A DNA stretch of 64,000 nucleotides from an uncultured Candidatus Saccharibacteria bacterium (GCA_964641225.1 CAZXKC010000001.1:131602-195601), one strand, 5' to 3'; shown: positions 31,716 to 42,323, numbered from the stretch's first letter. The notes: generated by a model not told the origin, from the letters alone. Numbers and translations: made by a program.

Positions 31716-32054
31716 TACTTCGTAAACGGGATTCTGTTGGCACGATTACTCGTGCTGATAATGATTTGTCTAGGATCGCAATTGCTCGCGACCTCAAGCG
31801 GTACTTCTGTCTTGCGACAGACACGACCTTGCACCCCGTAAGGATTTAGCCGTTTCACTTCCACCTTGTGTCCCTATAGTGGAATTAGACCTTCTAGCTT
31901 GGGATAGGGTCTTCCGGAACCTTTCGGACCGGACGTCACTGCTCGCACCTCTACTTTTCAGTTGGTGGTTGTTAACCACTACGTTTGCTCTTTCGAGCGG
32001 GAGTCCCGATTTTCCTCACCGTTTCTGACGGCGTAATTATCTGAGTACGGAGTA
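31716..32054 (-). ncRNA. rnpB: RNase P RNA
   Basis: Minus strand has GAGGAAAATCGGGACTC and ACAGAATCCCGTTTAC (P4 halves), P1 tactccgta/tacgaagta, terminator at about 31687-31712. Confidence 0.88.
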
Positions 32055-32347
32055 TTTATACCATATATAGCAGGGAAGTGGCAAATTTTTACTGTGACAT
32101 ACAAACGCAACTGTGTTGCATCTATAAATATATGTTTTGTGCACAAATGTCAATAAATGGCTTTAAAACGTTGTTTTTAGGTGGTTATTTGACAAATTTT
32201 ATAATCTATTGACAAGTTAGTCGTCTTATGCTAGAGTACATGCGTTCCCAGCTTGACCTATGTGGGTTAGGTGGAGAAGGTAGATAACGCTTTAATAGGG
32301 CAAAATAAGCGTTATCGAAAGAGCCATTTGCCTGGAGGACCGCTGCT

Positions 32348-33217
32348 ATGCGGATCCATTCGTTCATTCCCAAGATGTTCGTCGGAATCATCGTCGCGCT
32401 CGGCGTGGCCCTCTGCATCAGCTTCACGCCGGCGCAGGCGGGCCAGAACAACCGGCGGATCACCGGCACCGTCACCATCCGCGCCCAGGCCGATTCGGTC
32501 GGGGAGGTGGATGGGCGGTACCGGCTCCGCTTCGGCAGGGTCGAGACGCGCAACGATCAGGAGCCGCACTGGGGGAAGAGCAACTTCCGCATCAGGGGTT
32601 CCAACGTGATCAAGAAGGTCTTCCGTGCGACGGGTCTGTTCGGGCTTCGGCTCGACAGCGTCAACCCGGAGACCAGGGTCGCGACGGAGTTCTACCAGAA
32701 CAACGACTTCGAGCTCAGGCGTGGCCTGCGCAACGACGTCGTGGTGGATCTCGTGCCCGACGACGGCACGACCAATCCGCCGCCGACTGGTACGTTCACC
32801 AGCGGGTTTCACATCAACAACGTGAACCTCGCGGCGATCTACTTCGTCCGGCTCACGAAGAATGTGACCGGCGGAGAAAGCGTGACCTACGCGATGCGTC
32901 CGGCCAGCAATCCCGGGTCGCCCACGGAATTCGATCCGGTCACCGCCGGAGAGGCCGCCGAGATCACCCCGCTGATCTTCGGACCGGGCGGGTGGGTGCC
33001 GGTGTCGACGGCAACGTCGTACAACATCGACCTGCTCGCGCAGGACGGCCTGGCGGTCATCAAGTCGCTGCCCAATCAGTCGTTCGTCCCCGGACAGGTG
33101 ACGACGATCGGCGCGGCCAGTGCCTCGAAGATGTTCGTTCGTCGTGCCCCGATGGTCATCGTGGACGGCGTCGTCATCAATCCGAAGACGGTCTCGGTCG
33201 GCGTGGTTCAGCCGTAA
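32348..33217 (+). CDS. GC-rich orphan secreted protein, SD-led
   Basis: Signal peptide ending AQA; GGAGG; promoter TTGACA-17-TAGAGT 32209-32237; terminator hairpin at about 33239-33266. Confidence 0.8.
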   Translation: MRIHSFIPKMFVGIIVALGVALCISFTPAQAGQNNRRITGTVTIRAQADSVGEVDGRYRLRFGRVETRNDQEPHWGKSNFRIRGSNVIKKVFRATGLFGLRLDSVNPETRVATEFYQNNDFELRRGLRNDVVVDLVPDDGTTNPPPTGTFTSGFHINNVNLAAIYFVRLTKNVTGGESVTYAMRPASNPGSPTEFDPVTAGEAAEITPLIFGPGGWVPVSTATSYNIDLLAQDGLAVIKSLPNQSFVPGQVTTIGAASASKMFVRRAPMVIVDGVVINPKTVSVGVVQP

Positions 33218-33356
33218 CCGAGAACATGTAGCACCGAACCTGGCACCTCCGAAAGGGGGTGCCAGGCAAGGAACTTCTTTCTCTGTACATACTTGACAAA
33301 ATACAATTTCTTTACTATAATATAAATCAGTAAAAATCGTTAATTGCTTACGCAGT

Positions 33357-35348
33357 ATGAATAAAAAAATCAACATAATTCTTCTTTCTGTAACGCTTGT
33401 TGCTTCAAGCGTGTTTTTTGTTCCGACTGCATCGGCTGTTAGCGTTGGTGTCCCGAGTTCATATAGCTCAGTTGGTACTCCAGTTTCTGGCGGCGTCTCA
33501 GTGGGTAGTCCTTCAGGATACACGGCGTCAGTTGGTTCTGTTGTGCAGAGCTCAGCATCATATGGTGTGCCTTCTCAGTATGGAGGTGTGTCTATCGGTA
33601 GTCCGTCAGCATATGGTTCATCGGTAGGTGTACCTACATATTCAACCTCCTATGGAGTTCCGTCGCAGACCGGCGGTATTTCAGTTGGTGCTCCAGCAGG
33701 TAGCGTCTCTTCGGTTGGTATGCCGGTTCGTTCGACCTCATATGGCGTACCCTCAAATTATGGCGGCGTTTCAATTGGTTCACCGACCACGTATGGTTCG
33801 GTTGGTGTACCTGTGTATGGTAGTTCTATTGGTGTGCCGTATTCCGGTGGTGTCTCTGTTGGTGTGCCGGCTGGTCCACGTCCCTCAACCGGAGTTCCGG
33901 TTTCAAGTGGTTCTATTGGCGTGCCAATTTCCGGCGGCGGTGTCTCCGTTGGCGTTCCAAGCGGTTCGCATGTTTCAACTGGCGTACCTGTACATGGCGG
34001 CACCTCAATCGGTACGCCGATTTCTGGTGGCGTATCAGTCGGTGTTCCAGTAACAGGCGGTACCTCTGTTGGTGTTCCTGCCAGCGGTGGAACCTCGGTT
34101 GGTACTCCGGTAGCGACCGGCTGTCCGTCTGGCTATGTCTTTAATATTACGACGCAGAGCTGTAAACAAAATGTCTCAACTGGTGTCCCGGCTTCAACAA
34201 GCTGCCCGACCGGCTACGTGTTTAGTGTTTCTACGCAGAGCTGCGTGCAATCAACCTCAGCCGGAGTTCCGGTTAGCTTGAGCTGTCCGTCAGGCTACTT
34301 CTATAGCGTCTCGCAGATGCAGTGTGTGGCATATTCAAATCAGTGTCCGGCCGGCTACACGCTTTCAAATGGCGTGTGTGTTCCAAACTCAAACAACCAG
34401 TGCCCGAGCGGGTATTATTTTGATACCACGACAAACACCTGCCGTCCGAACGTTGTAAATCCGCCGATTAACAATTACTGTCCGTCCGGATATTATTACA
34501 ACACCGCGGCCAATGCCTGTTACCCGAACACCTCGTATTACCCGAACTACAACAGTTGTGGTAGCGGTTATTATTACAACACGCAGAGCAACAGTTGTTA
34601 TCCAAACAATTACGGAGGCGGTTGCAGCATCAACTGCGGTTATCCATACAGCAACAATTATTCCTACGGATACAACTACGGCTATAACTCTGGTTATTAC
34701 CAGCAGCCGACTGCATATTACACAGTTCCAAACACATATTATCCGTCACAGCCGCAGGTGACTATAACGCAGCCGCAGGTTGTGATTCAGCAGCCGAGCG
34801 TCTCTGTGACGCGTCCGGTTACGCCGGCTCCGGTTGCGCCTTCAACCAACGTGGTTGTTGCCAGCGCGAACATCTTGGATCTCTACAATATTTCAATTCG
34901 TACCGACCAGGACGGCAACACGATCGTTGCCTGGGATAACAATGTGCCGACGATCGGCGAGGTTGTCTTTGGTCTAAACAGCCAGCCCGTTGATGGACTT
35001 GCGCAGTACAGTTATGACTTTACGACTGGTCCAATCGGTCCGCTGAATGCGCACCACGAGGTTAACCTGGGTCGCCTTGAGTTAAACCGTCCGTACTATA
35101 TGCGTATTGTCTCGCGCTCAGAGAACGTCCTCCGGGGCGGGCAAGCAAGCCATGTCTCGTCAGAAATGGTCTATATTCCGGTTCCGGGTAAGCACGTTAC
35201 GCCGAACACGGATCAATCAACGCTTGCGCAATCATACAGTCTGCTTGATTCAGTTGGTCTGCGCGGCGCGATCTTGATCTTGCTTGTTATTGCGTTGATC
35301 GTGCTCGTATATATTGTTGCTAAGCGTCGGGCCGCGTACTATTCGTAA
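33357..35348 (+). CDS. Surface protein with SVGVP repeats, CPxGY Cys repeats, FN3-like domain and C-terminal TM
   Basis: Signal peptide; repeats visible in translation; promoter TTGACA-17-TATAAT 33293-33321. Confidence 0.85.
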   Translation: MNKKINIILLSVTLVASSVFFVPTASAVSVGVPSSYSSVGTPVSGGVSVGSPSGYTASVGSVVQSSASYGVPSQYGGVSIGSPSAYGSSVGVPTYSTSYGVPSQTGGISVGAPAGSVSSVGMPVRSTSYGVPSNYGGVSIGSPTTYGSVGVPVYGSSIGVPYSGGVSVGVPAGPRPSTGVPVSSGSIGVPISGGGVSVGVPSGSHVSTGVPVHGGTSIGTPISGGVSVGVPVTGGTSVGVPASGGTSVGTPVATGCPSGYVFNITTQSCKQNVSTGVPASTSCPTGYVFSVSTQSCVQSTSAGVPVSLSCPSGYFYSVSQMQCVAYSNQCPAGYTLSNGVCVPNSNNQCPSGYYFDTTTNTCRPNVVNPPINNYCPSGYYYNTAANACYPNTSYYPNYNSCGSGYYYNTQSNSCYPNNYGGGCSINCGYPYSNNYSYGYNYGYNSGYYQQPTAYYTVPNTYYPSQPQVTITQPQVVIQQPSVSVTRPVTPAPVAPSTNVVVASANILDLYNISIRTDQDGNTIVAWDNNVPTIGEVVFGLNSQPVDGLAQYSYDFTTGPIGPLNAHHEVNLGRLELNRPYYMRIVSRSENVLRGGQASHVSSEMVYIPVPGKHVTPNTDQSTLAQSYSLLDSVGLRGAILILLVIALIVLVYIVAKRRAAYYS

Positions 35349-35378
35349 GAAACATAATCAAGAAATACACACAATAGT

Positions 35379-37304
35379 ATGAAAAAAATATTCATCGCAA
35401 TCTCAACGCTCGTGCTGGCTACTCTGACGCTTGCTCCGGTTTCTGCGCAGCAAATACAATATATTGGTTACAACGTCAGCCCGGTGTGGGATACCGCAAA
35501 CAACACGACAAACAATTTTTCTGTTGTGCAGGGCCAAACCCTGAACGTGATTGTTGGTGCGACTGACAATAATGGTGACGTGCTGACCTATGCAGCCGTT
35601 CGTCTGCCTGATAACGCCTCGTTTAATGGTTCAACGCGTGTGCTGACCTTTAGTCCAAGCTTTAATCAGCTGGGTAGTTTTCCGGTGTTACTTTCGGTGA
35701 CCGACAACAAGAGTCAGCCGGTGACCAAAACATTTTATGTGAATGTGATGAGCGGCAGCACGTACTACCGTCCGTCGAGTTTGTATCCGGATGATTATTA
35801 TGTAAACGATGCGCCGTATTTTACGGCTACACAGTCCTACTACACAGTCAATTCGCATGAGGTGTTGACGTTCCAAGTTCGTGCAACTGATCCTGATTCT
35901 GATCCGGTTCGGTATGCTGCAACCGGGCTGCCGAGTGGCGCGGTATTTAATAGCGTAACCGGTCAGTTTTCGTGGACGCCGGCAACCGGTCAGCGAGGTG
36001 TGTACAGTGTTGTATTTTCTGCAAACGATGGTCGCGCAACCAGCTCGCCGTTTACGGTTACGATCGTTGTTGACGGGGGAATTATCCGCAGCGTGATTAA
36101 CGACGTAAACGGTGTCAATATCGCTACGTATACTGCTGGTGCGTATAACGTCTACGGCAATTCACCAAGTACCTCATCGATCCAGCCATATTTTACAACC
36201 ACGCCGACCACCTCGGTCTACCCGGGTCAGACCTTCTTGTATGATGCACGCGCAGTAGCTGCAAACGGAGGAGCTGTTGTATACACAAGTTCGCTTGGTC
36301 AGTCTGGTAGTTTTATTAACGCCTCGACCGGCCGAGTTTCGTGGGTTGTGCCTTCTACGGCTCGTAGTGGCCAGCAGTACCAATTTATTCTTGTTGCAAC
36401 TGATGCAAGCGGCCGCTCTGCAACACAAGGCTTTACGCTTACAGTAGCTGGTTTTACGACTGCGGCTCCTGCTACGTATACCTACGCCCAGCCTGCACAG
36501 AAATCTACGATTGCTGCTGCGCCGACATTTACTGCGGCTGTCCCTGTAACGTATGCGGCGGCGGTGCCGACCTATTCTGGTAATTATGCGATGTATTATC
36601 CTGGCGAGACCGTGCTTATTAATACGGGTCGTACAATCCCGACGTTGCCGATTACCGCTGCAGCGTATGGTACGAATTATGCAGCTAACATATACGACAC
36701 GATGGGGCAGAATGCGCTGCACGCCTTTAACGTTGCAGTTCGTACGAGCGACAAGGGAGACATGATTGTCAGTTGGGACACCAATCGTCAGACAAAAGCT
36801 GAGGTTGTGTATGGCTACACCTCGCACGCTCGTTCTGATGCCTGGAACATGATTCTTAACTACGATTTTACGACCGGTGAGATGAATACGATCTCGACCA
36901 AGCACGAGATCAGTCTTGGCAAATTGCAAATTGGTCGCACGTATTACATGCGCGCGATTTCGCGCGATAGTTCGCAGACCGATATCAGCCGTGAAATTGT
37001 ATTTATTCCGATGGATGCCGGTCAGCCGGTACCGCAATATGAGGGAGCGGCCTCGGCACTTTCAACTACGGGTAATTTTCTAACCTCAGGAATATTTCTC
37101 GGACTTCTTGGGTTAATCGTGCTGGCTCTTATCGTGTATGTTTCATATCTGAGCATGCTTGCCTCGCGCCGTAACTATGAATTAGCCGCGGTGCCGGAGT
37201 TGCATATCGATGATCACGCGGCTGACGCTGCTCACGGACACGTTCATGATGCTGCGCATGGAAATGGCGGCGCGACAAACGGTAACGGAGTTGCGCATCA
37301 TTAA
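35379..37304 (+). CDS. Surface protein with cadherin/putative-Ig repeats, FN3-like domain, TM and His-rich tail
   Basis: ATDPDSDPVRY..GLPSGAVFNSVTGQFSWTP repeats; C-domain shared with neighbours. Confidence 0.85.
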   Translation: MKKIFIAISTLVLATLTLAPVSAQQIQYIGYNVSPVWDTANNTTNNFSVVQGQTLNVIVGATDNNGDVLTYAAVRLPDNASFNGSTRVLTFSPSFNQLGSFPVLLSVTDNKSQPVTKTFYVNVMSGSTYYRPSSLYPDDYYVNDAPYFTATQSYYTVNSHEVLTFQVRATDPDSDPVRYAATGLPSGAVFNSVTGQFSWTPATGQRGVYSVVFSANDGRATSSPFTVTIVVDGGIIRSVINDVNGVNIATYTAGAYNVYGNSPSTSSIQPYFTTTPTTSVYPGQTFLYDARAVAANGGAVVYTSSLGQSGSFINASTGRVSWVVPSTARSGQQYQFILVATDASGRSATQGFTLTVAGFTTAAPATYTYAQPAQKSTIAAAPTFTAAVPVTYAAAVPTYSGNYAMYYPGETVLINTGRTIPTLPITAAAYGTNYAANIYDTMGQNALHAFNVAVRTSDKGDMIVSWDTNRQTKAEVVYGYTSHARSDAWNMILNYDFTTGEMNTISTKHEISLGKLQIGRTYYMRAISRDSSQTDISREIVFIPMDAGQPVPQYEGAASALSTTGNFLTSGIFLGLLGLIVLALIVYVSYLSMLASRRNYELAAVPELHIDDHAADAAHGHVHDAAHGNGGATNGNGVAHH

Positions 37305-37421
37305 TTTAGCCCATCGGAGAGATTCCAATGCAATACAAAAACTGCCCTCACGGGCAGTTTTTGTTTGGAAATGGGTGGCGGGACCAGAGGAGCTGGTCCC
37401 GCGCGGCGCTAGGGGAGAAAT

Positions 37422-37619
37422 TCAGTCGACGATGAGTTTTCCGGTGGCGTCGTACCTGCGTTCGGGTTGCGTGAGTGCGCCCCACATCAAGAAGCAAATT
37501 CGATCTACGCCATGAACTCCCATCGGCATAGTTCGAGCCGGCGGCGCACTCTCCCGGGTGCCTCCGCAGGCATTTTCGTGGTCTTTTTCGCAACTGCTTT
37601 TCCCAACCAACTCTTCCAT
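37422..37619 (-). CDS. GC-rich orphan small protein (65 aa), SD-led
   Basis: GGAGGT 4 nt before ATG; hairpin gcgggaccag/ctggtcccgc at 37378-37402 downstream. Confidence 0.55.
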   Translation of the reverse strand: MEELVGKSSCEKDHENACGGTRESAPPARTMPMGVHGVDRICFLMWGALTQPERRYDATGKLIVD

Positions 37620-37759
37620 CGGCACCTCCGATCAGAGCCCAAATATATCTAAATAATAGTAGCATGCGGTTGTGGCGTAACAGTGGAAAACTCTGCAAAA
37701 TAGGGCTATTAAGGCAGGGTACTTGACAAAATTAATAAAGGGTGCTATAATGTACTTAT

Positions 37760-39001
37760 ATGAAAAACTATACAGGTTTTAAGCCTTTTATAGCGATTTC
37801 CGTAGTATTTATGGCCTTTTCTGCCGTTTCAGCCGCCTCAGCCGCGGTCTATTATGATCAGCTTGGCCAGGCGCACTATTATGATACCTACGAGGTTCCG
37901 TGTGGTCAGTATTACCCGCCGGCTCCATGTACGAGCTCTAATTATGGCTATAACACCAGCGTTGCGTATGGCTATCAGTCTGGCTACAGTACAACGGGCG
38001 CCTCTTCGTATAACGCGCGCGGTAATCGTCAGCCGGTGATTTTTTCTGCGCCGGTGCGCGAGGCTATTGATGGCCATTCCTATGTTGCCGGTATTAATGC
38101 CTCAGATCCGGATCACGATCAGATTACGTATGCGCTGGTTTCTGGTCCGTCTGGTATGTATATTGATTCAAATACCGGATTGCTTCATTGGAATTCAACG
38201 TCAGGAAAATCTGGTAAGAGTTTCCCGGTAACGGTAAGTGCGACCGACGGTCGTTCTGCGCCGGTTACGCAGAGCTTTACGTTGAGCGTTCGTAGTTATG
38301 GCGGCGGTTCTTCAAGTAATAGCTCGGGTAGTTCAAGTTACACCGGTTCAATTTTTGGTAGCTTGTTTGGCAGTAAAACACCTAAAGGTATCGTGATTAG
38401 CAACGTCAATGTTGTTTCCGGTCCAAAGGATATTAACGATACGACTGAACAAAATTGTAACGTGTATGTTTCGTGGAGCACGAATGTTGCTACAGCCGGA
38501 CAGGTTGTGTATGGTCCGACCTCGCAGCAGTCACTTGAAAATTATTCCTATCCGCAGAGTGCACCAGAGGGTAATGCGTATGCTAAAGAACACCAGGTAA
38601 AGCTCGGTTGTTTGGGAAACGCCACTGCGTTTTTCCGTATCGTGGCTTTCTCATCAACTGATCGAGTTGCTTCAAGTGAGTACACTATTTTCCCGATTAA
38701 GATTGCAACTCAGATTCCGGGTTCGGTTAGTTATGCAGGAAATATTGCTGCGGTTACTGAATCATCGGGCTCATCAATCTGGGGTCAGATTCTGAAATTT
38801 ATCTTCCACCCGGTGGTGATTATCGTGCTTTTGATCGCCGGTATTTGGTACGCCGTGCTGCGCGTTCTGGGGCGTCTTAACTCCAAGGCGGCGCGTCATA
38901 AGGAGGCTCAGGCTGCTGCAGCCGCAACTCACTCTGCGCCAGTAGCTACGAACGGTCACGCGACTTCGCACGAGATTCCAATGCTTTCAGTTCCTCATTA
39001 A
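37760..39001 (+). CDS. Surface protein with putative-Ig domain, FN3-like domain and TM
   Basis: ASDPDHDQITY..GPSGMYIDSNTGLLHW; VSWSTN..GQVVYG; promoter TTGACA-17-TATAAT 37723-37751. Confidence 0.85.
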   Translation: MKNYTGFKPFIAISVVFMAFSAVSAASAAVYYDQLGQAHYYDTYEVPCGQYYPPAPCTSSNYGYNTSVAYGYQSGYSTTGASSYNARGNRQPVIFSAPVREAIDGHSYVAGINASDPDHDQITYALVSGPSGMYIDSNTGLLHWNSTSGKSGKSFPVTVSATDGRSAPVTQSFTLSVRSYGGGSSSNSSGSSSYTGSIFGSLFGSKTPKGIVISNVNVVSGPKDINDTTEQNCNVYVSWSTNVATAGQVVYGPTSQQSLENYSYPQSAPEGNAYAKEHQVKLGCLGNATAFFRIVAFSSTDRVASSEYTIFPIKIATQIPGSVSYAGNIAAVTESSGSSIWGQILKFIFHPVVIIVLLIAGIWYAVLRVLGRLNSKAARHKEAQAAAAATHSAPVATNGHATSHEIPMLSVPH

Positions 39002-39097
39002 GATTGATTAAAGAAATGCACCGGGCCGCCAGCCCGCCTTAGACGGGCAAGCTGGCGGCCCGGTGCATTTCTCCCTCAAACGCGCTACTCTACTACC

Positions 39098-39877
39098 ATG
39101 GAAACAAAGCCCGAAGAAAAAAAATCAAAGTATCCGATGCGGATCAACAAGTATATTGCCGAGCAGGGGTATACGACGCGTCGCGGTGCCGATGAACTAA
39201 TTGCCGCCGGCAAGGTGTATATCAACGGCCGCATGGCCGTCCTTGGCGACAAGGTTTCTTTTGGCGAGCAAGTTGAGGTAAATACTAAAGCCGTTAAAGA
39301 GCATCAGAAAAGCTACGTGTATTTTGCATATAACAAACCGATAGGAATTGTGACTCACGGCCCGCCCGCAACGCCCGCAAGCGTGCTTGCGTGGCGGGCG
39401 GGAGCGCAACCGAAAGAAGATATATCGATTGCTGACGTTATCGATATTAAAAATGTCAGTCCAATTGGGAGGCTTGATAAAGAATCACATGGGCTTATTC
39501 TGCTTACGAACGATGGGCGCGTGACGGAGCGACTTTTGTCGCCAGAATTTGACCACCAAAAAGAGTATGCCGTAAAAACTGCAAAGCAGATTAAGCAGAG
39601 CCAGATTAGTTGGCTTGCCCGAGGCGTAAAACTGGAAGACGGCTACATCACCAAACCAGCCGAGGTATTTTTTGACGGCGATTATTCTTGTCGCATTGTT
39701 TTGACCGAAGGCAAAAAACATCAGATTCGCCGTATGATTACCGCTGTGGGCAATGAGGTCAAGGATCTGAAACGCATCCGGATTATGAATATTGAGCTGG
39801 GTGATTTGAAGAGTGGCCAAACGCGCCAGATTACGGGCAAAGAACTCAAAGATTTTTTGAAGGGGATCGGGCTGTAA
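39098..39877 (+). CDS. rRNA pseudouridine synthase (RsuA/RluB/RluF family)
   Basis: S4 domain, GRLDKESHGL..LTNDG, EGKKHQIRRM. Confidence 0.95.
   Translation: METKPEEKKSKYPMRINKYIAEQGYTTRRGADELIAAGKVYINGRMAVLGDKVSFGEQVEVNTKAVKEHQKSYVYFAYNKPIGIVTHGPPATPASVLAWRAGAQPKEDISIADVIDIKNVSPIGRLDKESHGLILLTNDGRVTERLLSPEFDHQKEYAVKTAKQIKQSQISWLARGVKLEDGYITKPAEVFFDGDYSCRIVLTEGKKHQIRRMITAVGNEVKDLKRIRIMNIELGDLKSGQTRQITGKELKDFLKGIGL
39361..39402. repeat. 42-bp palindromic in-frame insertion
   Basis: cccgcccgc..cgcaagc-gt-gcttgcg..gcgggcggg. Confidence 0.7.
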
Positions 39878-40009
39878 TTTTTGTTGACAAAATTCATATT
39901 TTAGAGCATTTTATACTTGGACCCTCGCGTGAGGAGCCCTGCCGCCTCGACAGGTTCGAGGCAGTACGGGCGCACTACGCGACCGTTCCTGAAACAGGAG
40001 GACAGCGCG

Positions 40010-40672
40010 ATGCGCTACTTCATCAACGGCATGTTCCTGCAGATGGGAGAAGGAATCGGTGTGCGGACTATTCCGGGCGCGGGTTCGGTTGCTGTCTTCG
40101 AGACCAAGACCCGCGGCTACATCTTCAACGGCGTCATCCAGCGCCTGAATTCCAGCAATCCCTGGACCGGCTGGGTGCTCGACCACTTCGGCTACGCGAC
40201 GCTCACCAACATCGTCTTCGGCGACGGCGAGCTGCGCTTCACCAAGAAGTACGAAGGTTGCGACGACGAGATCCACTGCACCTTTCGCAAGCACCCCGAC
40301 GCCGAGGCGGTGCTCGTCGGCTACTACGAGGGCGTGGACACGGGCAAGAACACCGCCTGGTGCATGATGACCGGGGTGTCAGATCGCATGTTCGACGAGG
40401 GCGTCATCAAGGGGCTGGCAGCCGGACAGCCCAAGCTGCCGATTGTAACACTGGACGCCGATCAGGAGCGCGAGTGGAGGGAGTACAAGCGAGCGGGTGG
40501 CACTCTGCCCGCGGCTGAAATCCCGCGCGTCAACGAGATTGTTCAGCTCTGCGCTCCAGACGGCCGCTCCATCGCGACGGCGTACCTCAACTCGAACGAC
40601 ATCAAGGGCGGTCTGCCCGACGGACGTACCAATGTCACAGTCAGTGCGACCGTGAGAACCAGGTTCTGCTAG
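40010..40672 (+). CDS. GC-rich orphan protein, SD-led
   Basis: AGGAGG 8 nt before ATG 40010; structured leader; downstream hairpin. Confidence 0.75.
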   Translation: MRYFINGMFLQMGEGIGVRTIPGAGSVAVFETKTRGYIFNGVIQRLNSSNPWTGWVLDHFGYATLTNIVFGDGELRFTKKYEGCDDEIHCTFRKHPDAEAVLVGYYEGVDTGKNTAWCMMTGVSDRMFDEGVIKGLAAGQPKLPIVTLDADQEREWREYKRAGGTLPAAEIPRVNEIVQLCAPDGRSIATAYLNSNDIKGGLPDGRTNVTVSATVRTRFC

Positions 40673-40802
40673 AGCAACGAGACCCGCAAGGGCGTCGAGA
40701 GACGCACGCTCTGCGGGTCTCTCTTCGTTTTTGACCATTCGTTCAAAATCTGATATTATTGAATAACGCTGGCTGGGCCGGCGTTTGTCTTTATATCACG
40801 CT

Positions 40803-42323
40803 ATGCCATCAAAATACGATCACGGTGAGGTAATACTACGATTTTCAGAGGCCTCGTTTGGATACGGGGACAAAAAGCCCATTTTAGATGAGGTGAGTTT
40901 TTCTATGCGCGAAGGGGCGAAAATGGCGCTGATGGGTCAAAATGGCGCCGGTAAAACAACCTTGTTCAGTTTGATTTTGGGTGAACAGGAAATTGATGAG
41001 GGTGATATGCATATTCGCAAGGGGGCGACGATTGCAATTGGTCGGCAGGTAATTCGGCCAGAGGAGCGAACGCTCACGGTGCGGGAATTTTTTGAAGCTG
41101 CGTTTCCTGGTAAGAAAATTTACGATATTGAGCCGCGAATTGAGGAGGTGCTTGAGATTGTGAATGTCCACGCGCCACTCACTCGTAAAGTCACTGAATT
41201 TTCCGGCGGTCAACAGGCGCGTCTGCTTTTGGCTAAGGCGATTATCGCTAAGCCGGATATTTTGCTGCTTGATGAGCCGACCAACAACCTTGACCACGCC
41301 GGTATCGACCATCTCACAAAGTTTTTGCTCGACTATAAAAAGACCTGCATCGTTATCTCGCACGATGCTGACTTTTTGAATGCATTTACGCACGGCGTGT
41401 TGTATTTGGATGTGTATCAGCACAAAGTTGAGCAATACGTTGGAAACTACAAAGATGTGGTGGTTGAAATTGCTGCGCGCATTGAGCGTGATCGTCGTGA
41501 AAATGCGCGTCTGGCTCGCGATATTTCAAATCGTAAAGAGCAGTTTAACTTTTTTGCTCAGAAGGGTGGTCACATGCGTGACGTGGCCCGCAAGATGCGC
41601 GAAAAGATTGAGGAGTTGGAGGAGGAGGTGGTTGAGACCAGGCAGGAGGATAAAACAATCAGCGACTTTGCAATTCCTGCGCAGCAATTTGATGCCGTTG
41701 AATTGGCTGATACCGGCCCGATGTTTAGGATGAATCAGGTGAGCATTATTCCTCCGCACAAACCGGGAGTTGCAGCGAAGCCGGCGGTTAAAAAAGTGGA
41801 TATTGCGCTGCGCAAAGGCGACAAGTTATTTATTAAAGGCCCGAACGGTATTGGTAAGACAACGCTGCTTAATTCAATTGCAACCGGAGAGGCTAAAGGC
41901 GTTTCGTTTATCAAGGGTGCGCGGATTGGGTATTATCGTCAGGATTTTTCCGGATTAGATTTTGACAAGACGGTGTATAAGACGCTCGCAGACGCTGCAT
42001 TTGATGCCAGCGAGCAAGAGCTTCGTTCTGCTGGTGCGCGATTTATGCTTACCTTCGAGCTGATGAATGTAAAAGTTGGGGCGCTTTCAGAGGGTCAGAA
42101 AGGGTTGCTCGCGTTTGCGCAGCTTGTGCTGATGAAGCCAGGCGTTCTGATCATGGACGAGCCAACCAACCACATCAATTTTCGTCATTTGCCGGTGATT
42201 GCTAAGGCGCTGGATCGGTATGAGGGTGTGCTGATTTTCGTCAGCCACATGAAGGAATTTGTGGATCAGATCAAGGTCAGTAATGTATTAGATCTCGGTG
42301 AACTAGTAGGTAAGAAGGCGTAA
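40803..42323 (+). CDS. ABC-F family ATPase
   Basis: Two NBDs (GQNGAGKTT, FSGGQ, DEPTNNLD; GPNGIGKTT, LSEGQ, DEPTNH), no TM. Confidence 0.93.
   Translation: MPSKYDHGEVILRFSEASFGYGDKKPILDEVSFSMREGAKMALMGQNGAGKTTLFSLILGEQEIDEGDMHIRKGATIAIGRQVIRPEERTLTVREFFEAAFPGKKIYDIEPRIEEVLEIVNVHAPLTRKVTEFSGGQQARLLLAKAIIAKPDILLLDEPTNNLDHAGIDHLTKFLLDYKKTCIVISHDADFLNAFTHGVLYLDVYQHKVEQYVGNYKDVVVEIAARIERDRRENARLARDISNRKEQFNFFAQKGGHMRDVARKMREKIEELEEEVVETRQEDKTISDFAIPAQQFDAVELADTGPMFRMNQVSIIPPHKPGVAAKPAVKKVDIALRKGDKLFIKGPNGIGKTTLLNSIATGEAKGVSFIKGARIGYYRQDFSGLDFDKTVYKTLADAAFDASEQELRSAGARFMLTFELMNVKVGALSEGQKGLLAFAQLVLMKPGVLIMDEPTNHINFRHLPVIAKALDRYEGVLIFVSHMKEFVDQIKVSNVLDLGELVGKKA

Noticed and set aside
31572-31979. 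Short ORFs in this interval
   Set aside because: They overlap RNase P RNA and terminators.
32312-33523. 403-aa minus-strand ORF, and similar shadows at 13444-14034, 60297-61276 and 62749-63372
   Set aside because: Antisense or alternate-frame shadows of GC-rich genes; the chosen frames have SD, promoter and terminator.
33400-34700. Possible CRISPR array or DGR in the repetitive surface gene
   Set aside because: Repeats are degenerate at codon third positions, with no fixed repeat-spacer pattern and no A-specific mismatches; no cas genes in the window.
39012-39072. Long hairpin as a mobile element
   Set aside because: Single copy with no flanking duplication; sufficiently explained as a terminator or stabiliser.
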